Virus record (IMG/VR): IMGVR_UViG_2554235473_000004
Location: 1-43,318 of that record
Direction: 5' to 3' (one strand)
Source of the DNA: a virus
Length of the DNA: 43,318 bases
The translations under genes and the position numbers were made by a program. The notes beneath the pieces were generated by a model. The model saw only the letters and a program-made list of their open reading frames with translations, was not told the DNA's origin and did not search any database. Shown here piece after piece: positions 8,853 through 16,818 of the stretch (position 1 is its first letter; each line of letters opens with the position of its first letter).

Positions 8853-9430
8853 GGGCCCTCCATGAGCGAGACGGCGGCGCGGTGCTCGCCCTCAACGACG
8901 AGTTCGTCTAGCTCCTCGCCACCACAGGGCACCCACGTCCGGCCGTCCCAGCGGTCGACGTGACGCTCGGCTTGGTGCGGCTTCCCCGGCGTACGTTCGT
9001 AGCGGACGCGCCGGCGCTCGCCCGACTCGGCCTGGTACGCGATCGTCGGGAGGTTGCTATCGTCACCCTCATTTGAATCCTGGGGCGTACCGTAGAACGC
9101 GGTATCAAGGCACGCGATTTCATCTCCGCGCTCAACCTGCTCGCCGGCACGGTAGTCACGCAGGTCGGGCGCCCATCCGAGTTCCTGACACCACTGCGCG
9201 ACTGCCCACCGAGCGACCTCGGTCTCGTCGCCGTCCCAGTTGCCATCGTACCGCTTCCCCTCGATGAGCAGCATCACGAGGTAGTCGATCGGGTTGTCGG
9301 CGGTCAGCTGCTCGCCGTCGACGACGAGCCGAATCGAACTCCGCTCGGCACTCGACGCCGGGATCTCGTCATTTTCCTCGGCCTGTCGGATCTGCTCGTT
9401 AACTGCGTTCGCGTGTTCGTTGTCAGTCAC
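8849..9430 (-). CDS. Hypothetical protein (193 aa)
   Basis: Coupled acidic ORF. Confidence 0.75.
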   Translation of the reverse strand: MTDNEHANAVNEQIRQAEENDEIPASSAERSSIRLVVDGEQLTADNPIDYLVMLLIEGKRYDGNWDGDETEVARWAVAQWCQELGWAPDLRDYRAGEQVERGDEIACLDTAFYGTPQDSNEGDDSNLPTIAYQAESGERRRVRYERTPGKPHQAERHVDRWDGRTWVPCGGEELDELVVEGEHRAAVSLMEGP

Positions 9431-9795
9431 TGGTCGAACACCTCCGTCCGGCCGTCGGCCGTTGCGATACGCGGGCTCGCGGCGAGGTGCTGGCCCAGCT
9501 GGTCGTCGATCGCCGAGCGGTCGACCCAGCCCGGGATCGGTCGCTCGCCGCGCGCCAGCGCTACGCGGAGCCGGTGCTTACAGCCCTCGTCGGGTGCCCG
9601 GTGGAGCGCGTCCGGACAGTCGCAGGTGTCGGCGATCGCGTCGACGCGGTAGGTACCCGTCGGCGTGACGACGAGGAACTCCTCGTCGCGGAGGTCGTGG
9701 TCGAGCGAGTCGTCGATGACGGTCATCGACTCGGTGAGGGCCTTGGCTGCGCGCGTGCTGAACTCCCCGGTCGGCGCGTCGGCGGCGCTAGACAT
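9427..9795 (-). CDS. SWIM zinc-finger protein
   Basis: YRVD...TCDCPD...GCKHRLRV; start MSSAAD after GGAGGT. Confidence 0.8.
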   Translation of the reverse strand: MSSAADAPTGEFSTRAAKALTESMTVIDDSLDHDLRDEEFLVVTPTGTYRVDAIADTCDCPDALHRAPDEGCKHRLRVALARGERPIPGWVDRSAIDDQLGQHLAASPRIATADGRTEVFDQ

Positions 9796-10183
9796 CGCCA
9801 ACCTCCATGTCGCCCCACGCCTGCTCCACGGGGAGATACATCAGCCGCGCGCTCGGGAAGTCGTAGGTCTTCCCGGGCTTGTGCGCGTTCTGGGGGTTGC
9901 CGTCGATGTACACGCACTCGTAGACGGCGTTTTCGACGTCGATTCCGGGCAGGTACGGGTGCGTCTTGTACGTCGCGAGGTCGTATCCCTCGGCCTCGTA
10001 GTGCGCCTCGAGGCTGTCGTACGTACACTTGCGAACGAACACGGCCTGCCGCGTGACGATGTCGATCGCGACGCCGCCCTCGACAGGCTCGGTCTGGACA
10101 TCGTCGAGCGCGTTCGCGACGCGCTGCTCGTACGGGAGCTCGGCGTCGTCGAAGTCCGAGTCGATGGCGCCCTGCTCAGACAT
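9788..10183 (-). CDS. Hypothetical protein (131 aa)
   Basis: Coupled acidic ORF. Confidence 0.8.
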   Translation of the reverse strand: MSEQGAIDSDFDDAELPYEQRVANALDDVQTEPVEGGVAIDIVTRQAVFVRKCTYDSLEAHYEAEGYDLATYKTHPYLPGIDVENAVYECVYIDGNPQNAHKPGKTYDFPSARLMYLPVEQAWGDMEVGDV

Positions 10184-10652
10184 TCTTGATCACCCCCTGA
10201 CGCGTGAACAGCTCATCGACGTCCGGGAGCGTGTTGCCGTAGTCGACACCGGCGCGCTCGGCCGGGTTCGTGTTCCGAGCGAGCCACTGGCGGGCCTCCC
10301 ACACGGCTTCACGGAGGTCGTCCTCGTCGTGGATGTCGGCCCACTCGCCGGCATCCTTCGCGACAAGCTCACACAGCTCGGCGAGTCGCTCGTACGACCG
10401 CTTCTCGATGGCGAACTTCACGTGGCCTGTCGCCTTGTCGAGGTTGCTGGCGGCGTCGTCGTATCCGTTCTCATCGTCGCGATGCGTACACGCCGCGTCG
10501 ACGGTGCCGTACGCCGCGGCCATCTGTTGCAGCTGCTCGTCCTCACGGAACCGGTCGTGGATGACGTCGCCGAGCAGCGTGTCGAACGCATCGGCGAACT
10601 TTGACTCGAGGCGCGAGATCTCCTTCTCGGCGGTCCGGTTGAGGTCGCGCAT
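10176..10652 (-). CDS. Hypothetical helical protein (158 aa)
   Basis: Coupled acidic ORF. Confidence 0.8.
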   Translation of the reverse strand: MRDLNRTAEKEISRLESKFADAFDTLLGDVIHDRFREDEQLQQMAAAYGTVDAACTHRDDENGYDDAASNLDKATGHVKFAIEKRSYERLAELCELVAKDAGEWADIHDEDDLREAVWEARQWLARNTNPAERAGVDYGNTLPDVDELFTRQGVIKNV

Positions 10653-10969
10653 CAGAACGCACCTCCGAACACGTCGCGAGCGGTCATCTGCGTACGCTCC
10701 GCCCAGCCGACCTCACCGCCGATGAACTCGTGGACGTACACGTCGACGGCGTTGCCCATCGCGACGTGCTCGCGAGTGGCGACCCACTCGGCGAGGTCCG
10801 ACCGGCGTTCGCGAGCGCCGGTCTCAGTGTCGATACGGTGGACGACCGCAGCGTCGCGGTCGAAGTGGTGGACGTAGCCCTCGGCGTCGACGCCAAGCGA
10901 CGTGTGCTGCGGGGCGAGGCGTGGTTGCGAGTCGGTACGGCTTTTGCCGCGTAGGTTATTAGCTGACAT
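10652..10969 (-). CDS. Hypothetical protein (105 aa), first gene of the second leftward operon
   Basis: LGVDAEGYVHHFD pattern; follows the structured leader. Confidence 0.8.
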   Translation of the reverse strand: MSANNLRGKSRTDSQPRLAPQHTSLGVDAEGYVHHFDRDAAVVHRIDTETGARERRSDLAEWVATREHVAMGNAVDVYVHEFIGGEVGWAERTQMTARDVFGGAF

Positions 10970-10990
10970 GCTGTCGTTAGTGGACAGCGC

Positions 10991-11028
10991 GGTCGTCGGC
11001 GTCCCACCGCCGGCGGCCAGACTTTCTG
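10991..11028. promoter_or_regulatory. Leader hairpin, second copy
   Basis: GGTCGTCGGCG-TCCCAC-CGCCGGCGGCC followed by ACTTTCTG; 21/23 identical to 4278-4300. Confidence 0.65.
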
Positions 11029-11052
11029 ACCGCGTCCCGCGCTTCCTACTTG

Positions 11053-11147
11053 TTAGTATATTTGCTAACTACTTATAGATTAGCATTTGCGCTAACTATT
11101 AGTATATGCGCTAAGTAACGCCCTGTAGAGGTTAGCAAATACTACAA
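11053..11147. promoter_or_regulatory. Operator array of switch 2
   Basis: TTAG-N8-CTAA at 11053-11068, 11080-11095 and 11099-11114, plus a partial inverted copy TTAGCAAATA at 11132-11141. Confidence 0.8.
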
Positions 11148-11170
11148 TGGACACGCACGGAACACGCGGT

Positions 11171-11380
11171 ATGGCGAAGACTCGCGCGCTCCTCACGGAA
11201 ACGGAGCGCGAGCAGATTGCGGGTGAGCATGGCGACTCTCGAAGGTATCAGGCAACCTCCAGAGTCCGCGGCCGGATCCAGGAAGAGCTCGAAAGGGACG
11301 TGGAGGTCCTTGAGGAGCATCACCCGGACCTGCTTGAGGAGCTCCGCGGAGTCGTGTGCGAGGAAACCGATGATGAGTGA
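11171..11380 (+). CDS. Small haloarchaeal DNA-binding regulator
   Basis: RALLTETEREQIAGE...RYQATSRVRGRIQEELERDVEVL pattern; sits directly behind the operator array (alternative start 11147). Confidence 0.7.
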   Translation: MAKTRALLTETEREQIAGEHGDSRRYQATSRVRGRIQEELERDVEVLEEHHPDLLEELRGVVCEETDDE

Positions 11381-11633
11381 CGGGAAGACCGAGACGTTCG
11401 AGGGGTACCTCGTCCTTGACTGGCGGTCGGGTGAACAGCGTCAGCGAAAGACAGAGCCCGATGATCTGGCGCCCCACCAGATCGCGATTCCGTACTCGAT
11501 TGACGTCGAGGTTCCCGACGTGACTGTGCCGACCATCGAAGCCGCGATCGAAGTCCCCGAGGCTAAGGTCGAGCAGTCGGTCATCGAGGAGACGCGCGAT
11601 CTCGCAGACGAATACGAAACGGGCGACGCGTAG
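11373..11633 (+). CDS. Hypothetical protein (86 aa, MSDGKTETFEGYLVLDWR...)
   Basis: C-terminal part of ORF 11217-11633; overlaps the regulator stop; acidic. Confidence 0.75.
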   Translation: MSDGKTETFEGYLVLDWRSGEQRQRKTEPDDLAPHQIAIPYSIDVEVPDVTVPTIEAAIEVPEAKVEQSVIEETRDLADEYETGDA

Positions 11634-11691
11634 CCCTCACCCGTTTGCCTTCTGTGAATGTAACAGCGCAGTTGACATCCTAGAGGTTCTT

Positions 11692-12174
11692 TTACTCCGG
11701 AGGATCGCCGATCGATGCCCTCTCTGTGTCGAACTCCTCTAAAATCCGCTCAAATTCAGATATCTCGACCTCAACACCCGCGTCCGGACGGCCACTGCTA
11801 AAATTGATCTTGTTGTTCTGGAATATTTCGGTGTCTACGTAAATCGGACAGTCGTTATCAGGGAAGAACGGTGGTATTGCTCCGATAGTATATCCGAGAT
11901 CTTCTTCTATGACTTCCTCGTCAGCGAATTTTAGGCTGCTGATATTTGCTGTCTCCCTGAGGGCACCAAGGTCGACTTTTCTCTCAGCTGGAACAATCGC
12001 AACAACCACCTCCCGCTGGTCGTCCAAAAATACCATCGATTTTATCATTTCAACGAGAGGGACGTTACGCAATTCAGCTGCCTTCTCAGATGTTAAGGCG
12101 TCGCTATTGTGTTCTAACAAGCTGTATTCGATTTCACGATCATGAAGATACTCCGTGATTTCTGTTTGTGTCAT
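11692..12174 (-). CDS. YbaK/ProX (EbsC) family aminoacyl-tRNA deacylase
   Basis: AAELRNVPLVEMIKSMV (conserved Lys), KVDL, GYTIGAIPPF loop, IYVD, FSSG; AT-rich. Confidence 0.88.
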   Translation of the reverse strand: MTQTEITEYLHDREIEYSLLEHNSDALTSEKAAELRNVPLVEMIKSMVFLDDQREVVVAIVPAERKVDLGALRETANISSLKFADEEVIEEDLGYTIGAIPPFFPDNDCPIYVDTEIFQNNKINFSSGRPDAGVEVEISEFERILEEFDTERASIGDPPE

Positions 12175-12239
12175 AACACCCTGCTGTGTATACCGGATGG
12201 TAGAAATAAGTTAATTAAACCGTGCGACTGCCGCCAGGT

Positions 12240-12438
12240 GACGACTCGGGGACGGAGGTGATCGCACGAGCCCCATCACGAGCCAGACAAGGTGCTCGGC
12301 GTCGCGAAGGACGTGCCGAGCAGGTCGTGAAGGGTGCGTTCCGCGAGCTCGTGAAGGAGGGACCACGGCGACCAAGGCGGCAACGACGAGTACGACGCAA
12401 GGGAGCTGAAGGGGAGCTCAGGACGCGTTAACTGAATG
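12240..12438 (+). pseudogene. Frameshifted J-domain (DnaJ-like) remnant
   Basis: Joining frames gives EPDKVLGVAKDVP/EQVVKGAFRELVKE/DHGDQGGNDEYDARELK/AQDALTE*. Confidence 0.6.
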
Positions 12439-12475
12439 AGTTATATTGTCTGTTGTGGTGTGTAGTATAACTCAT
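12436..12475. promoter_or_regulatory. 10-bp inverted repeat upstream of the nuclease gene
   Basis: ATGAGTTATA-N20-TATAACTCAT. Confidence 0.5.
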
Positions 12476-12508
12476 ATTGAAGTATTGTTAGCATAATCAC
12501 CTCAACAT

Positions 12509-14149
12509 ATGGAACTCGCAGATCTCATCGACCAAAATTGGCACAGCTACGAACGGAATCGGTTCCTCAAGGCTGATACAAAGCTCAGCATCGCCGATTT
12601 TGACCCGGAAGAATTCAAACACGATGGTTTCGATGACCGAGACGCGTATCTAGAGACGCACGCCCCTGCCCTTGCTGTCGAAGAGCGCGTACAAGAGGAG
12701 CTGAATAACTTCACCCCGCCGCGTGTCAGTGAGATCAATGATTCGCCGTATCAGGCACTTACGATTAGGTACGGTATCCTCCGGCAGTTGATTCAACAGC
12801 CAGACTACAGCATGGAGAAGGACGATCTCTTGGACGCGGTACAGGCTTGGCAACATGATCTGATTTCGTCCTTCGAGGAGGGCTCATTCTCCGAATCCGA
12901 CGATCTTCTTCATCTTGCGAAGGCAGCCGTCGATTACAAAAATCAGGTCGATGACTCTGAGCTTCACATGGTGTACAGCTACTTCGACCTACACAATCGC
13001 TCTTGTGAACACAAACGCGATTACTACACGTGGCTCGACTTCTTTTACCGACTGTCTGCGATCGGCCGTTTCCCCAAGGTTTCACGATCTGAGAGCCCTG
13101 AACACGCATTGAAAACCATCGAGAAAGGCCTCTGGTCGCTCCAAGAGCAAGCGCTGGTATATGAGGTAACACCCGAAGACGGAGGGGAACTCGTCGGAAT
13201 TCCCGAAGATTACATCGACGTGATTCAGGACTGGCTCCACTACGAGATGTCAGATGCCAACTTCCAGCGGATGCTGGACACGCTCGACGTCTTCGATCGC
13301 CAGAGCATCCTTATCGAGGCCCGTGACACATTTGATGTTACGGGGAAGAACTACGGGAAGAACCAAAATCGGCGTGAAAATATTGTTGAGGCAGGGGTTT
13401 ATCCCAGTGAGCTTCTGAGGGAGGTCGTTCCGAAAGATGTACTGAAGTCCATCGTTGGAGAGTATGGGTTAGACGCCCACAGGCGGAAGACTGAGGAGAT
13501 GATATCCGCGGTTATCGAATACTTCGAGCGCTCACAGAGGTCGGTAGACGAGGGTGAACCCGCTGCTGAATTGTTCCTCACTACGTATGATGAAATCGCA
13601 GACGGATCCGTGACGGAGATTCCACCACAACTTCAGGACCTTGTCGATGCTGACAATCCCTCTGAAAAGATGGATATCCTGTTTGAGGACGCAACGGTGG
13701 AGATATTCCAAAATGTGTTCAATCTTGAGGGGACAAACCAACTCGGTCAGCATTCAAGCGGCGTGGTGGCCGACGGAGAGATCACTCAGGGCGGTGACTG
13801 GTTGTTGTGGGATAACAAACGTCGACGGCAGAAGTTCCGTCTTGGCAGCAGCACCCGAAGCAAGATTAAAAACTATATTGACACCAAAAGCCAGCAGCAC
13901 GATGTCGAGTACTTCCTGATTATAGCACCCGGGTTTACTGAGAGCGCAGCTGAGAATGCGCTACAGCTGGAGATGGAGATTGGGACGGACATAAGACTCG
14001 TCCATGCGACCGAACTCCAGAAGCTAGCAACAGTCTGGAAAGAAGAATATGCGAGAGAAGAACGTGAACTCCCGCTGTCAGTGTTTCGCGGCTCTGAGAC
14101 ATTTGATGTTGAAACCGCAAAGAAGCTTCTGGAGACACAGTTCTCATAG
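12509..14149 (+). CDS. 546-aa protein with C-terminal PD-(D/E)XK (restriction endonuclease-like) domain
   Basis: LFEDATVEIF...VADG...WDNK...YFLIIAPGF; helical N-terminal region; AT-richer than the viral backbone. Confidence 0.75.
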   Translation: MELADLIDQNWHSYERNRFLKADTKLSIADFDPEEFKHDGFDDRDAYLETHAPALAVEERVQEELNNFTPPRVSEINDSPYQALTIRYGILRQLIQQPDYSMEKDDLLDAVQAWQHDLISSFEEGSFSESDDLLHLAKAAVDYKNQVDDSELHMVYSYFDLHNRSCEHKRDYYTWLDFFYRLSAIGRFPKVSRSESPEHALKTIEKGLWSLQEQALVYEVTPEDGGELVGIPEDYIDVIQDWLHYEMSDANFQRMLDTLDVFDRQSILIEARDTFDVTGKNYGKNQNRRENIVEAGVYPSELLREVVPKDVLKSIVGEYGLDAHRRKTEEMISAVIEYFERSQRSVDEGEPAAELFLTTYDEIADGSVTEIPPQLQDLVDADNPSEKMDILFEDATVEIFQNVFNLEGTNQLGQHSSGVVADGEITQGGDWLLWDNKRRRQKFRLGSSTRSKIKNYIDTKSQQHDVEYFLIIAPGFTESAAENALQLEMEIGTDIRLVHATELQKLATVWKEEYAREERELPLSVFRGSETFDVETAKKLLETQFS

Positions 14150-14152
14150 CAC

Positions 14153-14647
14153 ATGCATCAGAAAGGTCACATCGGTGCGTCGCTCCTCGTATACGCGCCG
14201 TTTGGGTTCGTTCTTGCCGCCCTCGCTTCGATGGAGTTAGCTTTCATCGGCGCCGCAGCCGTTGGGTCAATGGCGATGGTCCCTGACCTCGACATGCGAA
14301 TTCCGCTGATAAAACACCGTGGGATTACTCACACCGTCTGGTTTGCGCTCGTAGTCGGCGCCGCGTTCGGTCTGGTCGGGGCTGTCCTCGGGGTTCAGGA
14401 GAGTATCGTCGGCGGTGTGCTGTTCGGATTTCTCGCGTTCGGCTTCGGCACACTAACGATCGTGTCGCACCTGCTCGCCGACGCGCTCACGCCGATGGGT
14501 ATCAAGCCGTTTTCTCCCGTCCGAGACACGAAGTACACGCTTGATCTGTTCAAAGCCGCGAACCCGATCGCGAACTACGCGCTGCTCGGGCTCGGTGGTG
14601 CTGTCGTCGCGGTCGCGGTCGTCGCCGGCGGCGCAGTCCCGCTGTAA
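14153..14647 (+). CDS. Membrane metal-dependent hydrolase (YdjM-like)
   Basis: GHIGASLL, PDLD, HRGITHT, SHLLADALTPMG motifs; several TM helices. Confidence 0.9.
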   Translation: MHQKGHIGASLLVYAPFGFVLAALASMELAFIGAAAVGSMAMVPDLDMRIPLIKHRGITHTVWFALVVGAAFGLVGAVLGVQESIVGGVLFGFLAFGFGTLTIVSHLLADALTPMGIKPFSPVRDTKYTLDLFKAANPIANYALLGLGGAVVAVAVVAGGAVPL

Positions 14648-14655
14648 ACGGAGGT

Positions 14656-15486
14656 TCACTCGACATCGTCGAGGCCTTCAACCGTCACGGGTTCACCACA
14701 GTGCGGGCACTGCTTCCGTTCGTCAAGCTCGTTCTCGGCAGCCTCCATGAACCCAGCCGCGAGGATGGACGCCGGGAGCGCGAACATCCCGATCCCGAGG
14801 ATCGCCGTGATTGCACCGATGAACTGCCCGGGCATCGTGACGGGGTACATGTCGCCGTATCCGACGGTCGTGAGTGCGGCGACGCCCCACCACATGGTCG
14901 CTGGTATCGACGAGAACTCCTCCGGCTGGGCCCCGCTCTCGATGAAGTACATCACCGAGCTCGCGACGACGAGCAGCAACCCGTTCGCGAACACCGCGAT
15001 GACGAGCTTCTCTTTCCGGTCTTCAAGAACCCAGCCGAAGGTCCGCATCGCAGTTGAGTAGCGAGCGAGCTTCAGCAGTCGGAACAACCGGATGAGCCGC
15101 AGCGCTCGGAGGAATCGGAGGTCGAACCCGATACCGGTGATGGCGATGTAGAAGGGCGCGATCGCGAGCAGGTCGACAATCAGCAGAGGGCGACTCGCGA
15201 ACCGGAGCCGGCCGACGATCGCGCCGGAGTACTTGTCCGCTTCGACGGCCGACCACACACGGGCCGCGTACTCAATTGTGAACACGGCGACTGAGAAGAT
15301 CTCAAAGGCGCGGAAGAGGCGAGCGTATGGCTCGTAGATGGTGTCGACCGTCGTGGCGATCACCGCCGTGACATTAGCGATGATCAGCAACATGATAAAC
15401 CAGTCGACAACATACCCGATTCGACCGCCGTCTCGGGGGGAAAACAGTCGGTGAGTTCGCTCGCGGATCGATCGAGGCCCAGCCAT
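14656..15486 (-). CDS. 6-TM voltage-gated potassium channel with C-terminal CPHC Zn ribbon
   Basis: S4 LRFLRALRLIRLFRLLKLARY; pore helix and filter WWGVAALTTVGYGD; start set at MAGPR with AATATAAT about 30 nt upstream. Confidence 0.93.
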   Translation of the reverse strand: MAGPRSIRERTHRLFSPRDGGRIGYVVDWFIMLLIIANVTAVIATTVDTIYEPYARLFRAFEIFSVAVFTIEYAARVWSAVEADKYSGAIVGRLRFASRPLLIVDLLAIAPFYIAITGIGFDLRFLRALRLIRLFRLLKLARYSTAMRTFGWVLEDRKEKLVIAVFANGLLLVVASSVMYFIESGAQPEEFSSIPATMWWGVAALTTVGYGDMYPVTMPGQFIGAITAILGIGMFALPASILAAGFMEAAENELDERKQCPHCGEPVTVEGLDDVE

Positions 15487-15691
15487 ATGCTGAGCCAACA
15501 GCCGCTGCTACATGAAATTATATTGTCTTGTCGATGAGGCAGACGGCTAGCTCACTGATCTCGAAGCGGTCGTCGCAAATAAATAGCGCAGCGAGGTGCC
15601 GAACACACTTGTCGGCATTCACTACTTGTGTGGCCTCGCGTCCAGCGCCGACGTCGAGGCGCAGAAGATCGCCGACTGGTAGTATCGCTGA

Positions 15692-15898
15692 CTACAACGG
15701 TCTCATAATCTCTGCCGGCTCTTTGTGCTCGTTGGTCCAGGCGATGACTGCCTCACAATGGCGGCAGCGGAGTTCTTTGCCGCTCGGAATGAGGTGCTTG
15801 TGCTGTGCCGTGAACATCTCACCGCATGCCGGGCAGTCGTACTCGTCCCCTCGCTCAACCTCTTCCAAAACGTGATCGCCTATTGTGCCATGTGGCAT
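15692..15898 (-). CDS. Small Zn-ribbon protein
   Basis: CPAC...CRHC; start MPHGT. Confidence 0.7.
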   Translation of the reverse strand: MPHGTIGDHVLEEVERGDEYDCPACGEMFTAQHKHLIPSGKELRCRHCEAVIAWTNEHKEPAEIMRPL

Positions 15899-16001
15899 AC
15901 CCCTAGATAGACCTGATATATGAATCAACGCTGCGGGTCGCAAACGGACACGGGACGGTATAAGTGGAAAAAATGAGTCTACTCGCGCGCCCCGGCTAAC
16001 T

Positions 16002-16667
16002 CTACCCCCGCTCGCTCGCCTCGAAGCGGTCGTCGCTCGCGAACAGCGACGCGATCTCCGCGACGCCGCGGTCAGCGTCCCACCCGTCGCCGCGGTAGTG
16101 GCGGACGGGCTGGCGCCACGCCGACCGCTCGTAGTGCGCCCAGAGGCGCGTGCCGCCGTCCGGCGCCGGCGTCAGACGGACGTGGTACTGCCAGACTGCG
16201 AGGAACCCCTGCGGTCGATACGCGTAGCTGCCGACCTCCCAGACGCGACGCCCGTCTGCGACGTCGAACTGGATCGACGCGAGGGTGTTTGGCCACACGC
16301 GCTCCATCGAGCGGAGCTCCTCGCGGACGGCCTTGGGTGGTGCGTCCACGACGCCGACGTACTCCTCCGGCTGGAGCGGCAGCCCTGTCTTTTCCGGGAG
16401 GGCGTCGACGGCAGCCGACACATCGATAGAGGTGTGTCCGTCGACCCGCTCCACGACGTCATCGTACTCGCCGTCGGCAAGGCGGTCAAGGGCGGGCAGC
16501 ACGAGGCGCCGCGCCCGCCACAGATCGGGCCATCGCCCGAGGTGTCGGCGGGCGGCGACGAACAGCGCGAGCGTGACGAGCGGGACGATGATCGGTCCCC
16601 AGAGGTCAGCGGTCGCTAGTGGTTCGGTAGTGATGCGTCTCAGGGTGTTGTAAACTGACTGTATCAT
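16002..16667 (-). CDS. Membrane-anchored haloviral protein downstream of the tail genes
   Basis: One N-terminal TM; QYHVRL...LWAHYERSAWRQPVRHYRG. Confidence 0.8.
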   Translation of the reverse strand: MIQSVYNTLRRITTEPLATADLWGPIIVPLVTLALFVAARRHLGRWPDLWRARRLVLPALDRLADGEYDDVVERVDGHTSIDVSAAVDALPEKTGLPLQPEEYVGVVDAPPKAVREELRSMERVWPNTLASIQFDVADGRRVWEVGSYAYRPQGFLAVWQYHVRLTPAPDGGTRLWAHYERSAWRQPVRHYRGDGWDADRGVAEIASLFASDDRFEASERG

Positions 16668-16733
16668 TGTTACTGATTGTCGAGGCGCATGAAGATCAAA
16701 AGGTATTCAATATTTGACTGACAGAACGGAGGT

Positions 16734-16798
16734 AGGGACCATTGGTCCCTGCTGGAGACGGGTCGCTCCCTCCCCCATCCTCTGACCTGCCCGTCTCC
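16734..16798. other. Structured intergenic element after the last tail gene
   Basis: AGGGACC-ATT-GGTCCCT palindrome (16734-16750); GGAGACGGG/CCCGTCTCC inverted repeat (16754-16798). Confidence 0.5.
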
Positions 16799-16818
16799 TG
16801 CTCCTGCTGCGTCGTGGG

